DNA of 64,000 bases from Halarcobacter sp. Lineage in GTDB: Bacteria; Campylobacterota; Campylobacteria; Campylobacterales; Arcobacteraceae. The DNA lies in the NCBI GenBank assembly GCA_963676565.1, contig OY781089.1, positions 1,568,001-1,632,000 of the forward strand, written 5' to 3'. Each line of letters begins with the position of its first letter. Position 1 is the stretch's first letter. The position numbers and the translations under genes were made by a program. Below, one piece after another: positions 1-10,015 of this stretch. The notes beneath the pieces are model-generated. The model had not been told where the DNA came from, did not search any database, and worked only from the letters and a program-made list of their open reading frames with translations.

Positions 1-373
1 TCATACCAATTACACCACTTTGTCTATTTGGTGTAATAACTTCACTAAGACCTAATTCATAAACTATATCCATATCTACATCTCTTAAAGTTTGTTTTTC
101 AAGTCCTGAAAAGACATCTAAAATAATGTAAATTAGGCCCTTTACAATAATTGCATCGGAAGTACCTTTAAAATAAAGTTTTCCATCTCTTTCTTCACAT
201 ACTAGCCATACTTGAGAGGTACATCCATGAACTATATTATCAGGGGTTTTATACTCATCTTCAAGGGGGTCTAGTTTTTTCCCTAGGTCTATAATATATT
301 CATATTTTTGTAATTCATCTTCAAAAAAATCTAAATCTTCTTTTATACTTTCAACTTTTTTTTCAATACTCAT
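1..373 (-). CDS. sufE: SufE family Fe-S sulfur acceptor (3' end runs off window)
   Basis: Not in the ORF track. Manual translation from ATG at 373 gives MSIEKKVESIKEDLDFFEDELQKYEYIIDLGKKL...VHGCTSQVW...TSDAIIVKGL...LSEVITPNRQSG, with the SufE GCxSQVW motif. It lies directly downstream of sufS. Confidence 0.93.
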   Translation of the reverse strand, partial: MSIEKKVESIKEDLDFFEDELQKYEYIIDLGKKLDPLEDEYKTPDNIVHGCTSQVWLVCEERDGKLYFKGTSDAIIVKGLIYIILDVFSGLEKQTLRDVDMDIVYELGLSEVITPNRQSGVIGM

Positions 374-385
374 AGATATTATCCT

Positions 386-1567
386 TTACTCTAACATAGT
401 CAAAGCTCTTTTCAAGCTTTCTATTAATTTGTCCACATCTTTATAATCATTATAAAATGCAAGGGAAACTCTAATTGTCCCTTTTATTCCAAGTTTATTC
501 ATAATAGGTTGTGCACAATGGTGTCCAACTCTTACTGCAATATCCATTTTATCAAGTAATATTCCTATATCATCATGGGAAATATTCTTAAAATTAAAAC
601 TTCTACTTGCAATTGAGTTTTCAATGCCATTATAAAAAATTATGTTAGGAAGTTCTCTTAATTTTAAATCTAAATATTGATATACATCTTTTTCTATAGT
701 TTTTATATTTACATATCCCACTTGACTGATAAATTTCAATGCCTCACCAAAACCAATAACTCCAGCTATATTTTGAGTTCCAGCTTCAAATTTATATGGA
801 CTTGGTAAAAGTGTAGAACTTTCGTAATCAACTTTATCAATTGTGGCTCCACCTGTTTGATATGGATCAAACTCTTCTAGAAACTTTTCTTTTATATATA
901 AAGCACCAACTCCAGTTGGCCCAAAGGATTTATGTCCAGAGATTGCAAAAAAATCTACATCTAAAACTTGAACATCTATATTTGTATGGGTTAAACTTTG
1001 TGCTCCATCTATTAAAACAACACCATCATATTTATGTGCTAAGTCAATGATTTTTCTAATATCATGAATTACTCCAAAGGCATTTGAGATATGAGTAATC
1101 GATACAAATGATTTGGGGTTGTTTTCTAAAAGCTTTTCAAAATGAACAAAATCAAAGTTTAAATTATCATCACAATTTACAACTTCTAAACCATTACCTA
1201 GAGTTCTTCCTTGCATATGCCATGGAACAATATTTGAGTGATGTTCTAAGCTAGAGATAATAACTGTTTTAAATTTTTTTGCATATGAAGAAGCAATAAA
1301 ATTTATAGATTCAGTTACACCTTTGGTAAATATAATCTCCTCTTTTGATGATGCATTTATAAACTCTTTTAAAATTTTTCTACTCTCTTCATATTTAGTA
1401 GTAGCTTTATTTGCATCACCAAAAGAACTTCTATGAGTATTAGCACAATACTTTTCATAATATTCAACTTGAGAGTCAATTACACATTTTGGTTTTTGTG
1501 TTGTAGCTCCATTGTCTAAATAAACTGTTTGAGAGTTAGTAAAAAATGGAAAATCTTTTTTAAACAT
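386..1567 (-). CDS. sufS: SufS-type (group II) cysteine desulfurase
   Basis: YLDNGATTQKP, PLP lysine motif SGHKSFGPTG, catalytic RVGHHCAQP; located in the suf operon. Confidence 0.95.
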   Translation of the reverse strand: MFKKDFPFFTNSQTVYLDNGATTQKPKCVIDSQVEYYEKYCANTHRSSFGDANKATTKYEESRKILKEFINASSKEEIIFTKGVTESINFIASSYAKKFKTVIISSLEHHSNIVPWHMQGRTLGNGLEVVNCDDNLNFDFVHFEKLLENNPKSFVSITHISNAFGVIHDIRKIIDLAHKYDGVVLIDGAQSLTHTNIDVQVLDVDFFAISGHKSFGPTGVGALYIKEKFLEEFDPYQTGGATIDKVDYESSTLLPSPYKFEAGTQNIAGVIGFGEALKFISQVGYVNIKTIEKDVYQYLDLKLRELPNIIFYNGIENSIASRSFNFKNISHDDIGILLDKMDIAVRVGHHCAQPIMNKLGIKGTIRVSLAFYNDYKDVDKLIESLKRALTMLE

Positions 1568-1569
1568 AA

Positions 1570-2397
1570 CTAACCCCTTTTTTGATTTTTAATAAACTCT
1601 TTTATTTTTATATCTTCAATTTTATCGTAAATTTTATTCTCTACAGCTTTTAATAACATATCCCTCGCATTTTCTTTTGAGATACCTCTAGCTTGTAGAT
1701 AAAACATTTGCTCTTCATCTAAACTACCCGTTGTTGCACCATGTGCAGCTTCTAGTTCATCAATATTAATCTCTAAATGTGGCTGTGCAAAAATCACAGC
1801 ATCTTCACTTAAAAGTAAAGTTTCAGAGTTTTGAAATACTTTAGAATTTAAAGCCTTTTCATTTACAATTGATTTTGCATCAAATGTTGCTTTAACCTTA
1901 TCATTTAATAGGTGTTTATAAGCAATATCACTTAATGCATTTGGTGCATTATGTATTGTTCTAAAAATAGATTTAGAATCACTATCATTGTAAATCTTAA
2001 CTAAACCATTTACATTGAAAATTGCATTTTCATTATCTAGTGGTGTTTCATATGTACTTTTTGTAGAACCTTCACCAAACTCTAGGTTTATCATATTTAT
2101 TTTACTTCCCTCACCTAAATTGATTTTGTAGTTAAAGTCAACTACACTTTTTTTATCTAAGGTTTGGTATTTCAAATATTCTAAACTTGCACCATCTTCA
2201 ATAATCAATTCTCTTTCATATTCACCAATTGAATTTCCCCCAGAGAATGTTTCAATTATTGATGCTTTTATTCCCTTTTTTAGTTTTATTCTAATTTTAT
2301 TATGACCCTCTTTTTTCAAATCATATGTGATGACAAGTGGTTCTATTGTATTTTTATCAATTAAAAGTTCTTCGTTTTTCAAATTAATTAGCTTCAT
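1570..2397 (-). CDS. sufD: Fe-S assembly protein SufD (short form)
   Basis: PHLEINIDELEAAHGATTGSLDEEQMFYLQARGI C-terminal motif; between sufC and sufS. Confidence 0.9.
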   Translation of the reverse strand: MKLINLKNEELLIDKNTIEPLVITYDLKKEGHNKIRIKLKKGIKASIIETFSGGNSIGEYERELIIEDGASLEYLKYQTLDKKSVVDFNYKINLGEGSKINMINLEFGEGSTKSTYETPLDNENAIFNVNGLVKIYNDSDSKSIFRTIHNAPNALSDIAYKHLLNDKVKATFDAKSIVNEKALNSKVFQNSETLLLSEDAVIFAQPHLEINIDELEAAHGATTGSLDEEQMFYLQARGISKENARDMLLKAVENKIYDKIEDIKIKEFIKNQKRG

Positions 2398-3142
2398 CTT
2401 TAATTCCTATTGCTTCATAACCTTTTGCATCTAATTCAAGTGCAAGGCTATAATCACCAGTTTTTACTATTTTCCCATTATGCATAATATGTACAAAATC
2501 AGGCTTTACAGCAGATAATAGTTTGTCATAGTGTGTAATCATTAAAAGTGATTTTGATTTATCTTTTAATAAATCGTTTACAACATTTGCAACAGTTTTA
2601 ACTGCATCTACATCAAGTCCTGAGTCAATCTCATCAAGCATAATTAAATCAGGTTTTAAAAGTAATAACTGAATTAGTTCATTTCTTTTTTTCTCACCAC
2701 CTGAAAAACCATCATTTAAATCCCTTTGTAAAAGTTTTTTATCGATGTCAAATTTTCCAAGTTCCTCTTTAGTAAGTTTTAGAAAATCCATAGCATCTAA
2801 TTCATCAAGGTTTTCATGTTTTCTTTTTTCATTTATTGCTGTTTTTAAAAAATAGCTATTATTTACACCTGGAACTTCTACTGGGTTTTGAAAACTTAAG
2901 AAAATCCCTTCTTTAGCTCTTTGCGATACATCTAAATCCATTAGATCTTTATCTTTATAAACCATTTTCCCATCAACAACTTCACAATCATAATGATCAC
3001 TTAGTGTTTTTACAAGTGTAGATTTACCTGCACCATTTTGTCCCATAAGAACATGAATCTCACCTGGATTTATCTCTAAATCCAAACCTTTTAAAATCTC
3101 TTTATTATCAATATTTACTTTTAAATCTTTAATACTTAACAT
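2384..3142 (-). CDS. sufC: Fe-S assembly ATPase SufC
   Basis: Walker A GQNGAGKST, signature FSGGEKKRNE, LDEIDSGLDVD, ITHY. Confidence 0.96.
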   Translation of the reverse strand: MLSIKDLKVNIDNKEILKGLDLEINPGEIHVLMGQNGAGKSTLVKTLSDHYDCEVVDGKMVYKDKDLMDLDVSQRAKEGIFLSFQNPVEVPGVNNSYFLKTAINEKRKHENLDELDAMDFLKLTKEELGKFDIDKKLLQRDLNDGFSGGEKKRNELIQLLLLKPDLIMLDEIDSGLDVDAVKTVANVVNDLLKDKSKSLLMITHYDKLLSAVKPDFVHIMHNGKIVKTGDYSLALELDAKGYEAIGIKDEAN

Positions 3143-4578
3143 TATCCTACACTCCCTTCAAGTGATATACTTAATAACTCTTTAGCTTCTGCTGCAAACT
3201 CCATTGGAAGCTCTTTTAATACTTCTTTACAAAATCCATTTACAATCATTGCAATTGCATCCTCTTCATCTATTCCTCTTTGTTGTAAATAAAACAATTG
3301 CTCATCAGAAATTTTTGATGTAGTTGCTTCATGTTCTATTTTTGCACTAGGGTTTTTTATCTCATGGTATGGGTAAGTATGTGCTTTACAAGTATTACCA
3401 ATTAGAAGTGAATCACACTCAGAAATATTTCTTGCATTTTTTGCTTTTTTCCCAACTCTTACTAATCCTCTATAGGCATTTACACCTTTCATTGCTGAAA
3501 TACCCTTTGAGATAATTGTTGATTTTGTATTTTCACCTAAGTGAATCATTTTAGTTCCAGTATCTGCTTGTTGAGCATGACTTGAAATTGCAACTGAATA
3601 AAATTCACCAACAGAATTTTTACCCTTTAAAACACAAGATGGATATTTCCAAGTTACAAGTGAACCTGTTTCCACTTGAGTCCATGAGATTTTTGAATTC
3701 TCACCTTGACATAAACCCCTTTTTGTAACAAAGTTTAGAATACCACCTTTACCATCATCATCACCTGGATACCAGTTTTGAATAGTTGAATATTTAATTT
3801 GAGCATTATCAAGTGCCACAAGTTCAACAACGGCTGCATGAAGTTGTCTTTCATCCCTTTGTGGAGCTGAACAACCTTCATTATATGATACATATGAGCC
3901 CTCATCACAAATAATAAGTGTTCTTTCAAACTGTCCAGTGTTTAGTGCATTTATTCTAAAATATGTTGATAGTTCCATTGGACATCTAGTATTTGGTGGA
4001 ATATATACAAAACTTCCATCTGTAAAAACTGCACTATTTAAAGCAGCAAAATAATTATCACCTGTACTTACAACTGAAGCTAAATATTTTTTTAATAATT
4101 CTGGGTGATTTTGTGCTGCTTCACTAATAGAACAAAATATAATTCCAAGTTTTTCTAACTCTTCTTGAAAAGTTGTTTTAACTGAAACAGAGTCAAATAC
4201 TGCATCAACTGCAACACCTGCAAGCATTTTTTGCTCTTCAAGTGGAATGCCAAGTTTTTCATATGTTTTTAAAATCTCAGGGTCAACTTCATCTAAACTA
4301 TCAAGTGCTTTTTTTGGCGCAGAATAGTATGAAATATCATTATAATCAATTTGAGGATATCTCAAATTTGCCCAACTAGGCTCTTCCATTTTTTGCCATC
4401 TTTTATATGCTTTTAATCTAAATTCTAATAACCACTCAGGTTCATTTTTCTTTTTTGATATTGCTTTTATTACATCTTCATTTAATCCAACTGGAAAAGT
4501 ATCACTTTCAATTAGTGTTTCAAATCCAAGTTTATATTCTTTTTTTAATATATCTTTTATTTGACTATTGTCGCTCAT
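3142..4578 (-). CDS. sufB: Fe-S assembly scaffold SufB
   Basis: [39 protein letters not shown]. Confidence 0.97.
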   Translation of the reverse strand: MSDNSQIKDILKKEYKLGFETLIESDTFPVGLNEDVIKAISKKKNEPEWLLEFRLKAYKRWQKMEEPSWANLRYPQIDYNDISYYSAPKKALDSLDEVDPEILKTYEKLGIPLEEQKMLAGVAVDAVFDSVSVKTTFQEELEKLGIIFCSISEAAQNHPELLKKYLASVVSTGDNYFAALNSAVFTDGSFVYIPPNTRCPMELSTYFRINALNTGQFERTLIICDEGSYVSYNEGCSAPQRDERQLHAAVVELVALDNAQIKYSTIQNWYPGDDDGKGGILNFVTKRGLCQGENSKISWTQVETGSLVTWKYPSCVLKGKNSVGEFYSVAISSHAQQADTGTKMIHLGENTKSTIISKGISAMKGVNAYRGLVRVGKKAKNARNISECDSLLIGNTCKAHTYPYHEIKNPSAKIEHEATTSKISDEQLFYLQQRGIDEEDAIAMIVNGFCKEVLKELPMEFAAEAKELLSISLEGSVG

Positions 4579-4593
4579 ATCGACTCCTTTTTA

Positions 4594-4618
4594 AAATAGG
4601 ACAAAATTTGTCTTATTT
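4594..4618. promoter_or_regulatory. Candidate operator (imperfect palindrome, Rrf2/IscR-like) upstream of sufB
   Basis: AAATAGGACAAAATTTGTCTTATTT; its reverse complement matches 13350-13374 upstream of nifS at 22/25 positions. Confidence 0.7.
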
Positions 4619-4744
4619 GTATAATGTAAATTTAACATATGTTCATTAAAAGAAAATTAAGAGATTTAACTAAGTTTAAAAGATTAAGATTTTGTTTGGA
4701 AATAGGGAGATAAATATTTTTATATAATTTAAATAGTTATTGTT

Positions 4745-4773
4745 TCTTTCAAGGGATAAATACCCTTGAAAGA
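4745..4773 (-). terminator. Intrinsic terminator after tsdA
   Basis: Stem TCTTTCAAGGG / CCCTTGAAAGA with a 7-nt loop, just past the tsdA stop; U-tail is weak. Confidence 0.65.
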
Positions 4774-4778
4774 TTTTA

Positions 4779-5705
4779 TTATTTACCAGTTTTGATTTTT
4801 TGTAAATCAAGTCCTAAAGCTTTAAAGTTGCTTTCTACTGTATGTTTTTCTTCTAATACTGCTGAGTTATAGTATCCCATCTCTTCTTTTGGTAATAACA
4901 TTTTTTGAAGGTTAAATGGTGCTCTTTCTTGTGCATCTATAAATAGAACTACATCTGCAACCTCTTGGTCTGTTAAACTTCCACCTTGTCCTAATGGCAT
5001 ATTTGATCTAACCCATGAAGCAGCTTTATCAAGTTTACTCATACCAGCCCCTGTATTGTAGCTTAACCATTTTCCATTTGCATCTTTTCCCCATAATGGA
5101 GGAAATACTGCTACTCCTTCTCCATTTTGTCCATGACATGAAGCACATTTTTTTGCATACACATCTTTACCAGCCAAATAGTTTTCATGTGTTGCTTTTT
5201 TCTGAATTGCTTTAAAGTGTTTTACACCTTTTGGGTATAGTTTTGTATTATGAGTACTCCATGGACCTTTTTCATTCATTTTAAGAGGAGTTCCTTCTGA
5301 TAACCAAGTAATATAAGCTGCGATAGCCATACTAGCTTTAGAATCTACAATAAGTCTTTTACCATTCATACTTCTCATAAAACAGTTATTTGATCTATCT
5401 TGTAAAGATTGAACTGTTTTTTCTCTTTTTGACCAAGCAGGAAATGCTGCAGCTGTACCAACCCAACTAGAAATCCCTTTTCCTGTTCCAACTTTTCCAT
5501 CAGGACCTTTTAAGTGACAACTTTTACATTGTAGTTTATTTCCTACAAAATCTTTTGTTAGAGGATGTGTATCTGTATTATTTACAATGTCCTCACCTAG
5601 TTTTACAAGTTTTCCAACTTCTCCTGCTGGATAATTTTTTGGTGCTAACATTTCATTTGCAAACGAAATTGTTGCCAAAAGTAGTATAGAAATTAAAAAT
5701 TTCAT
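4779..5705 (-). CDS. tsdA: Diheme c-type thiosulfate dehydrogenase / tetrathionate reductase TsdA
   Basis: Signal peptide, two CxxCH motifs (CKSCH, CASCH), TsdA active-site motif DRSNNCFMRSMNG, FPPLWG..SYNTGAGM. Confidence 0.85.
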   Translation of the reverse strand: MKFLISILLLATISFANEMLAPKNYPAGEVGKLVKLGEDIVNNTDTHPLTKDFVGNKLQCKSCHLKGPDGKVGTGKGISSWVGTAAAFPAWSKREKTVQSLQDRSNNCFMRSMNGKRLIVDSKASMAIAAYITWLSEGTPLKMNEKGPWSTHNTKLYPKGVKHFKAIQKKATHENYLAGKDVYAKKCASCHGQNGEGVAVFPPLWGKDANGKWLSYNTGAGMSKLDKAASWVRSNMPLGQGGSLTDQEVADVVLFIDAQERAPFNLQKMLLPKEEMGYYNSAVLEEKHTVESNFKALGLDLQKIKTGK

Positions 5706-5789
5706 TTTTCTTCTCCTTTTAATTTTTAAAATATTAACAATTGAATATAAATTAAAAGTTGGTTTTTAGAAAGTTATTTTAAGAAATTA

Positions 5790-6923
5790 TTAAGAAAATA
5801 TGTATGTGAAGTTTGTCCCTGAGTTTAGTTTTGTCTTTATATCTATTTGTATGTGATTTTTGTCGCAAATATTTTTAACGATATTAAGTCCAATACCAAA
5901 ACCACCTTGAATAGTCTCTTCTCTATGGTATCTATGGAATATTTTTGATGTATCTTTTATCCCTTTTCCAAAATCTTCTACGCTAAAAAGTGTTTGGTTT
6001 TTTGTGTTTTTTCTTAATGATATATTTATTTGTGATGATTCATTGGAATATTTTATAGCATTAGAAATTGTATTATCAATTACTCTTTGAAGTTCGATTC
6101 TATTTATATTAACATTTATATTATCATCAATATTCTCATTTATTGAAATCTTTTTTGAGTAGGCAAGACCTTTAAATATGTCAATTCGTTGTTTTAAAAA
6201 TATAGAAAAATCAAAGTTTTCTTTTGTGTATGAAACTATATCTTGCTTCATAAGATATTCTATATCTTCATAGGTTAGCTGTAGGTTTTTAACTGCATTT
6301 AGTGACCTTTTTACTTCTTTTGATTCTTCATATTTTTCTTCAAGTAATTCTAAATTTAATTGTAATATTCCTAATGGAGTTTTAAGTTCATGCATAGCAT
6401 CATTGAAAAATCTATCTAAGTATTTATTGGCTTTTTTGTATGGTGTAACAGTTTGTTTTAGTATTAAGTAAGCACTTATAAATGTAAATAATCCAACACT
6501 TAAAACTAAGATTGATATTTTTAGATATATTTCATTTAGATTTAGTTTTTTACTTATTACTAGTGTTTTTGCTTTTAATCTATTTTCATTTAGTGTAAAC
6601 TTTTTTGTAATATAGTTTTTATTATCTGAAATTTCTTTATTTGAAGATGCATATATAAGTTTGTTATCATTGTTATAGATATATGCATTTATATTAAAAG
6701 ATTTTGGAAAATAAAAAATATCATTTTTAGAGTTTGTAAAATCATATATAGCTCTTTGTATATTTAAACCATACTGTTTTACAAGATTTTCTTGATTGAG
6801 TTCATAGTTTTTTATTTCACTTTTCGTATAAAAATATGTGGGAATAAAAATTAGTATGATGATAACTAAAGCATAGGCAATAGATAGTTTTATTAGATGG
6901 TTTTTATTTACAAGTTCTTTCAA
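5790..6923 (-). CDS. Two-component sensor histidine kinase
   Basis: Two TM segments, H-box DAMHELKTPL, N-box NTISNAIKY, DFGKGI, GFGIGL. Confidence 0.93.
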   Translation of the reverse strand: MKELVNKNHLIKLSIAYALVIIILIFIPTYFYTKSEIKNYELNQENLVKQYGLNIQRAIYDFTNSKNDIFYFPKSFNINAYIYNNDNKLIYASSNKEISDNKNYITKKFTLNENRLKAKTLVISKKLNLNEIYLKISILVLSVGLFTFISAYLILKQTVTPYKKANKYLDRFFNDAMHELKTPLGILQLNLELLEEKYEESKEVKRSLNAVKNLQLTYEDIEYLMKQDIVSYTKENFDFSIFLKQRIDIFKGLAYSKKISINENIDDNINVNINRIELQRVIDNTISNAIKYSNESSQINISLRKNTKNQTLFSVEDFGKGIKDTSKIFHRYHREETIQGGFGIGLNIVKNICDKNHIQIDIKTKLNSGTNFTYIFS

Positions 6924-7572
6924 TTTTATAACCTATACCCCTTTTTGTTTCGATAAAATCTTTTGAGGTTTTATCTCTGATGTTTTTTATAAATACTCTA
7001 ATATCAGCCTCATTCATATATTTCCCGTCCCATATCTCTTCTCTTAATTGATTTATACTTACAAAAGAGTTTTTACAACTTATTAGCAAAAAAACTATAT
7101 CTTCCTCTTTTTTTGTAAAATTGATTTTTTCTTCATCTTTAAAAAGTTGTTTTTTTAAAATATCATAAAAGAAGTGATCTTTTATCTTTATTTTTTTATG
7201 GTTAGTATTAAAATAAAATGTTTTTATTAGTTGTTCTATACGATACTTTAACTCTTTTGGCGAAAAAGGTTTTTTTATATAATCATTACAACCTAACTCA
7301 TACCCCATACTAAGATTGTTTATATCAGTTAGTGAAGTTATAAATATAACTGGAATATCATTATTATCTTTTCTTAAAGCTTTTACTATCTCATAGCCAT
7401 TTATTCCAGGAACTCTAATATCTAAAATTAGTAGTTGATAGCTTTTTTCAAAAATTGCATCATAAGCTTCATCCCCATTGTCAAAATCATCAACTTCATA
7501 ATTTAGTGTTTCAAGATACTCTTTAATACTATTTTTATAGTCATAATCATCTTCTAGTAAAAGTATTTTCAT
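6904..7572 (-). CDS. OmpR-family response regulator
   Basis: Receiver domain (LLEDD, LDIRVPG, KPF) plus winged-helix end IETKRGIGY; overlaps the kinase start. Confidence 0.94.
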   Translation of the reverse strand: MKILLLEDDYDYKNSIKEYLETLNYEVDDFDNGDEAYDAIFEKSYQLLILDIRVPGINGYEIVKALRKDNNDIPVIFITSLTDINNLSMGYELGCNDYIKKPFSPKELKYRIEQLIKTFYFNTNHKKIKIKDHFFYDILKKQLFKDEEKINFTKKEEDIVFLLISCKNSFVSINQLREEIWDGKYMNEADIRVFIKNIRDKTSKDFIETKRGIGYKIERTCK

Positions 7573-8453
7573 TCTATTAATACTCCTTCACTTTTGATTA
7601 ATTTGTTTTTTTCATAGGATTTATTAATCTTTATAGCGTCATTATTTGCTAAAGAGATTATAATATATCCTAGTTTTTCCCTTTTAAATGAATATATAGA
7701 AAAATATGAAAATGCCTTGTTTTCATTTGTAAAATATCCATAATCATTTAGTTGATTTAAAACTTCACCTTCTAAAGGTTCTATCTCTTTATTTTTATCA
7801 TTTACTAAAGTATATTGACCTATTTTTGTATTTCTTTTTAGAGTATCTGCTATATTTAGAAACTTATTATTTAAAAGAATATATGTATCTAATCCCTCTT
7901 TTTTTAATTCTTGTTCTAAATACTCAAATCCAATAATAACCTCAATTGAGCCAATTATCTCATTGTTTTCAAGTAAAGGGGAGATAGCTTTTATATTTAA
8001 TCTTTTCCCTAATTCTATTGAAACAATAGGTTTTTTATCTTTGTGTGCTTTTACAATACCATGTCGAAAACTTTGAAGGGGAACATCTTTTATGGATAGA
8101 TTCCAACTTCGTAAATAAGTGCTTAAATCTTTGTTATGAATTTGTACGTCAATTTGGCTATTTTGTAGTTTTTTAAGAAGTTTGATTTTTCTATTAACAA
8201 CTTCAAAACTTTTCTCTCTATTTTTTTGTTTAAAACTATCTATTAACTCTTTATCTTGAGCCAAAATAATCGAAAGGGATAAAGCATATCTTTTTTGTTC
8301 TTCAAAGAGATATCTTGTGGTTGTCATAGCATTTTCTAAATTGTTTATAAGATTGTTGCTTTTATTTATCAAAGTTAATTTATAAAATAAAATTGATAAG
8401 ACTAGAGCAGTTATCACAAGTAAAATAAATACTGTTTTATTTAGTGTCTTCAA
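7569..8453 (-). CDS. Membrane-anchored stand-alone Cache-domain protein
   Basis: One N-terminal TM, then YLRSW...SIELGKRLNIKAISPL...IGSIEVIIGF, which resembles the periplasmic domain of the kinase at 57843-59936. No second TM or output domain. TTG start. Confidence 0.75.
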   Translation of the reverse strand: MKTLNKTVFILLVITALVLSILFYKLTLINKSNNLINNLENAMTTTRYLFEEQKRYALSLSIILAQDKELIDSFKQKNREKSFEVVNRKIKLLKKLQNSQIDVQIHNKDLSTYLRSWNLSIKDVPLQSFRHGIVKAHKDKKPIVSIELGKRLNIKAISPLLENNEIIGSIEVIIGFEYLEQELKKEGLDTYILLNNKFLNIADTLKRNTKIGQYTLVNDKNKEIEPLEGEVLNQLNDYGYFTNENKAFSYFSIYSFKREKLGYIIISLANNDAIKINKSYEKNKLIKSEGVLIE

Positions 8454-8516
8454 GTATATATTCTCATTTTAATAGTTTGTGTGTTGAACTCTTATTGTAT
8501 CTTTTAAATACTTACT

Positions 8517-9218
8517 TTAGGATATTAAATATTTTTTATAAACAGCAAAGTAGTGAGGAACACTTGGAGTTTGCTTATCATCATAGGCTAAAAAACTTTG
8601 TTCTTCTAGTTTATCAATTGTTATAAATTCATTAAGTTCAGATTTTGCAAGTGGTTTTGGGATTTCATCTTCTTTTTCCCCTTCCTCTCTACTTCTACAA
8701 GAAACTAGAATATATCCATTTTTTGAAAGTAACGAACTCATTGAAGCCCTTGCCTTTTTTCTATATTCATTTGGTAAAACTTGAATTGTATTACATTCAT
8801 ATACTACATCAAAAGATTCAAACCACTCTTTTGGATAATTAAATAAATCAGCAACTACATAATTAACATTTGAGTTTGGATATCTATTTTTACATAGTTT
8901 AATGGCTGTTTGTGAGATATCAAAGGCTGTAACTTCAAAAGCAAAACTACTTAAAGCTTCAGCATCATCTCCCACGCCACAACCAATAACACAAGCTTTT
9001 TTATTTGGTTTTTTAACTATTTCTTTTTTTAACCACTCAATCAAAAAAGGGCTTGGTTCTAAATCAGCCCAAAATACTTTAGAAAAATCACCATTGGCAC
9101 TTTGATAAATATAATCAAACCAATCTAAAACTTTGTCTTGTTCGTGATATTCTTTTACCATTTGTTTATATTTTTCAAAATTAAATTGGTCTTTGTGTAA
9201 AAATTCTAAGTCTTTCAT
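8517..9218 (-). CDS. Class I SAM-dependent methyltransferase (thiopurine/thiol methyltransferase-like)
   Basis: Motif I VIGCGVGDDA, AFDISQTAI, VADLF, FDVVYE. Confidence 0.85.
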   Translation of the reverse strand: MKDLEFLHKDQFNFEKYKQMVKEYHEQDKVLDWFDYIYQSANGDFSKVFWADLEPSPFLIEWLKKEIVKKPNKKACVIGCGVGDDAEALSSFAFEVTAFDISQTAIKLCKNRYPNSNVNYVVADLFNYPKEWFESFDVVYECNTIQVLPNEYRKKARASMSSLLSKNGYILVSCRSREEGEKEDEIPKPLAKSELNEFITIDKLEEQSFLAYDDKQTPSVPHYFAVYKKYLIS

Positions 9219-10006
9219 TTTTTTATATTTGCCTCTAATCTGTTTGTATAGTATGAAATAGGGTAGGTTAAAAGTAAATATCCAATTGCTAGGGGGATAT
9301 AACTTTCTAAGGTTGAATAAGTATATGCATTTACCTCTTGAGCATTCATTGTAAATTCACTAATTGAAATTATTGATAAAAGAGATGAATCTTTTATGAT
9401 ACTTGCAAATTGTCCTGTTAAGGCTGGTAACATTCTTCTAAATGCTTGAGGGAAAATTATATATCTATACATTTGATAATTTGTCATTCCAAGACTCAAA
9501 GCCGTTTCATATTGTTCAAAATCTACTGATTCTATTGCGCCTCTTATAATCTCACTTACATATGCTCCTGCAAAAAGCGCTAAAATAACAGTTCCTACAA
9601 TATATCTATTATCAAAACCTAGATTATTTGCAAACACATAAAAGAATATTAAGATTTGAACTAAAAGTGGAGTTCCTCGAATCAATTCAATATAAAATCT
9701 TGAAAAAAATCTAAGAATTATAAGTTTTGAGTTTTGTGCATAGGCAAAAAATAAACCAATTATAAAACTTAGAATTAAAGCAAAAAACGAGATGACAATG
9801 GTCATTAAAAAACCATCAATAAATTTTTGTCTATATTCGTATACACTATCCCAGTTAAAATTGTACGAAACATTTTTAAACATAAAATAAAATGTAATAA
9901 TTATTAAAGCGACAAGAAAAATAAAATTGAAAAAATAGACAAATTTTGAAGTTTGTCTATTTTTTTTTAATCCTAATTCATGGATAAATAAATCTTTTAA
10001 TTTAAT
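9215..10006 (-). CDS. Polar amino acid ABC transporter permease (probable ATT start at 10006; first ATG at 9883)
   Basis: RGTPLLVQI, EIIRGAIESV, IIFPQAFR, IKDSSL. The frame is open for 41 codons upstream of 9883, includes a TM segment, and has an AGGA SD before the ATT. Confidence 0.9.
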   Translation of the reverse strand: MKLKDLFIHELGLKKNRQTSKFVYFFNFIFLVALIIITFYFMFKNVSYNFNWDSVYEYRQKFIDGFLMTIVISFFALILSFIIGLFFAYAQNSKLIILRFFSRFYIELIRGTPLLVQILIFFYVFANNLGFDNRYIVGTVILALFAGAYVSEIIRGAIESVDFEQYETALSLGMTNYQMYRYIIFPQAFRRMLPALTGQFASIIKDSSLLSIISISEFTMNAQEVNAYTYSTLESYIPLAIGYLLLTYPISYYTNRLEANIKK

Positions 10007-10015
10007 AGTTTTTTC

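Noticed and set aside
5706..5789. OmpR-type direct repeats upstream of tsdA
   Set aside because: AACTTT-like repeats are irregularly spaced and not distinguishable from the AT-rich background.
9933..9957. Possible third copy of the suf/nif box (AGACAAATTTTG)
   Set aside because: Only the left part matches, the right arm (TCCTAT) is missing, and it is explained by the local hairpin inside the probable permease coding region.
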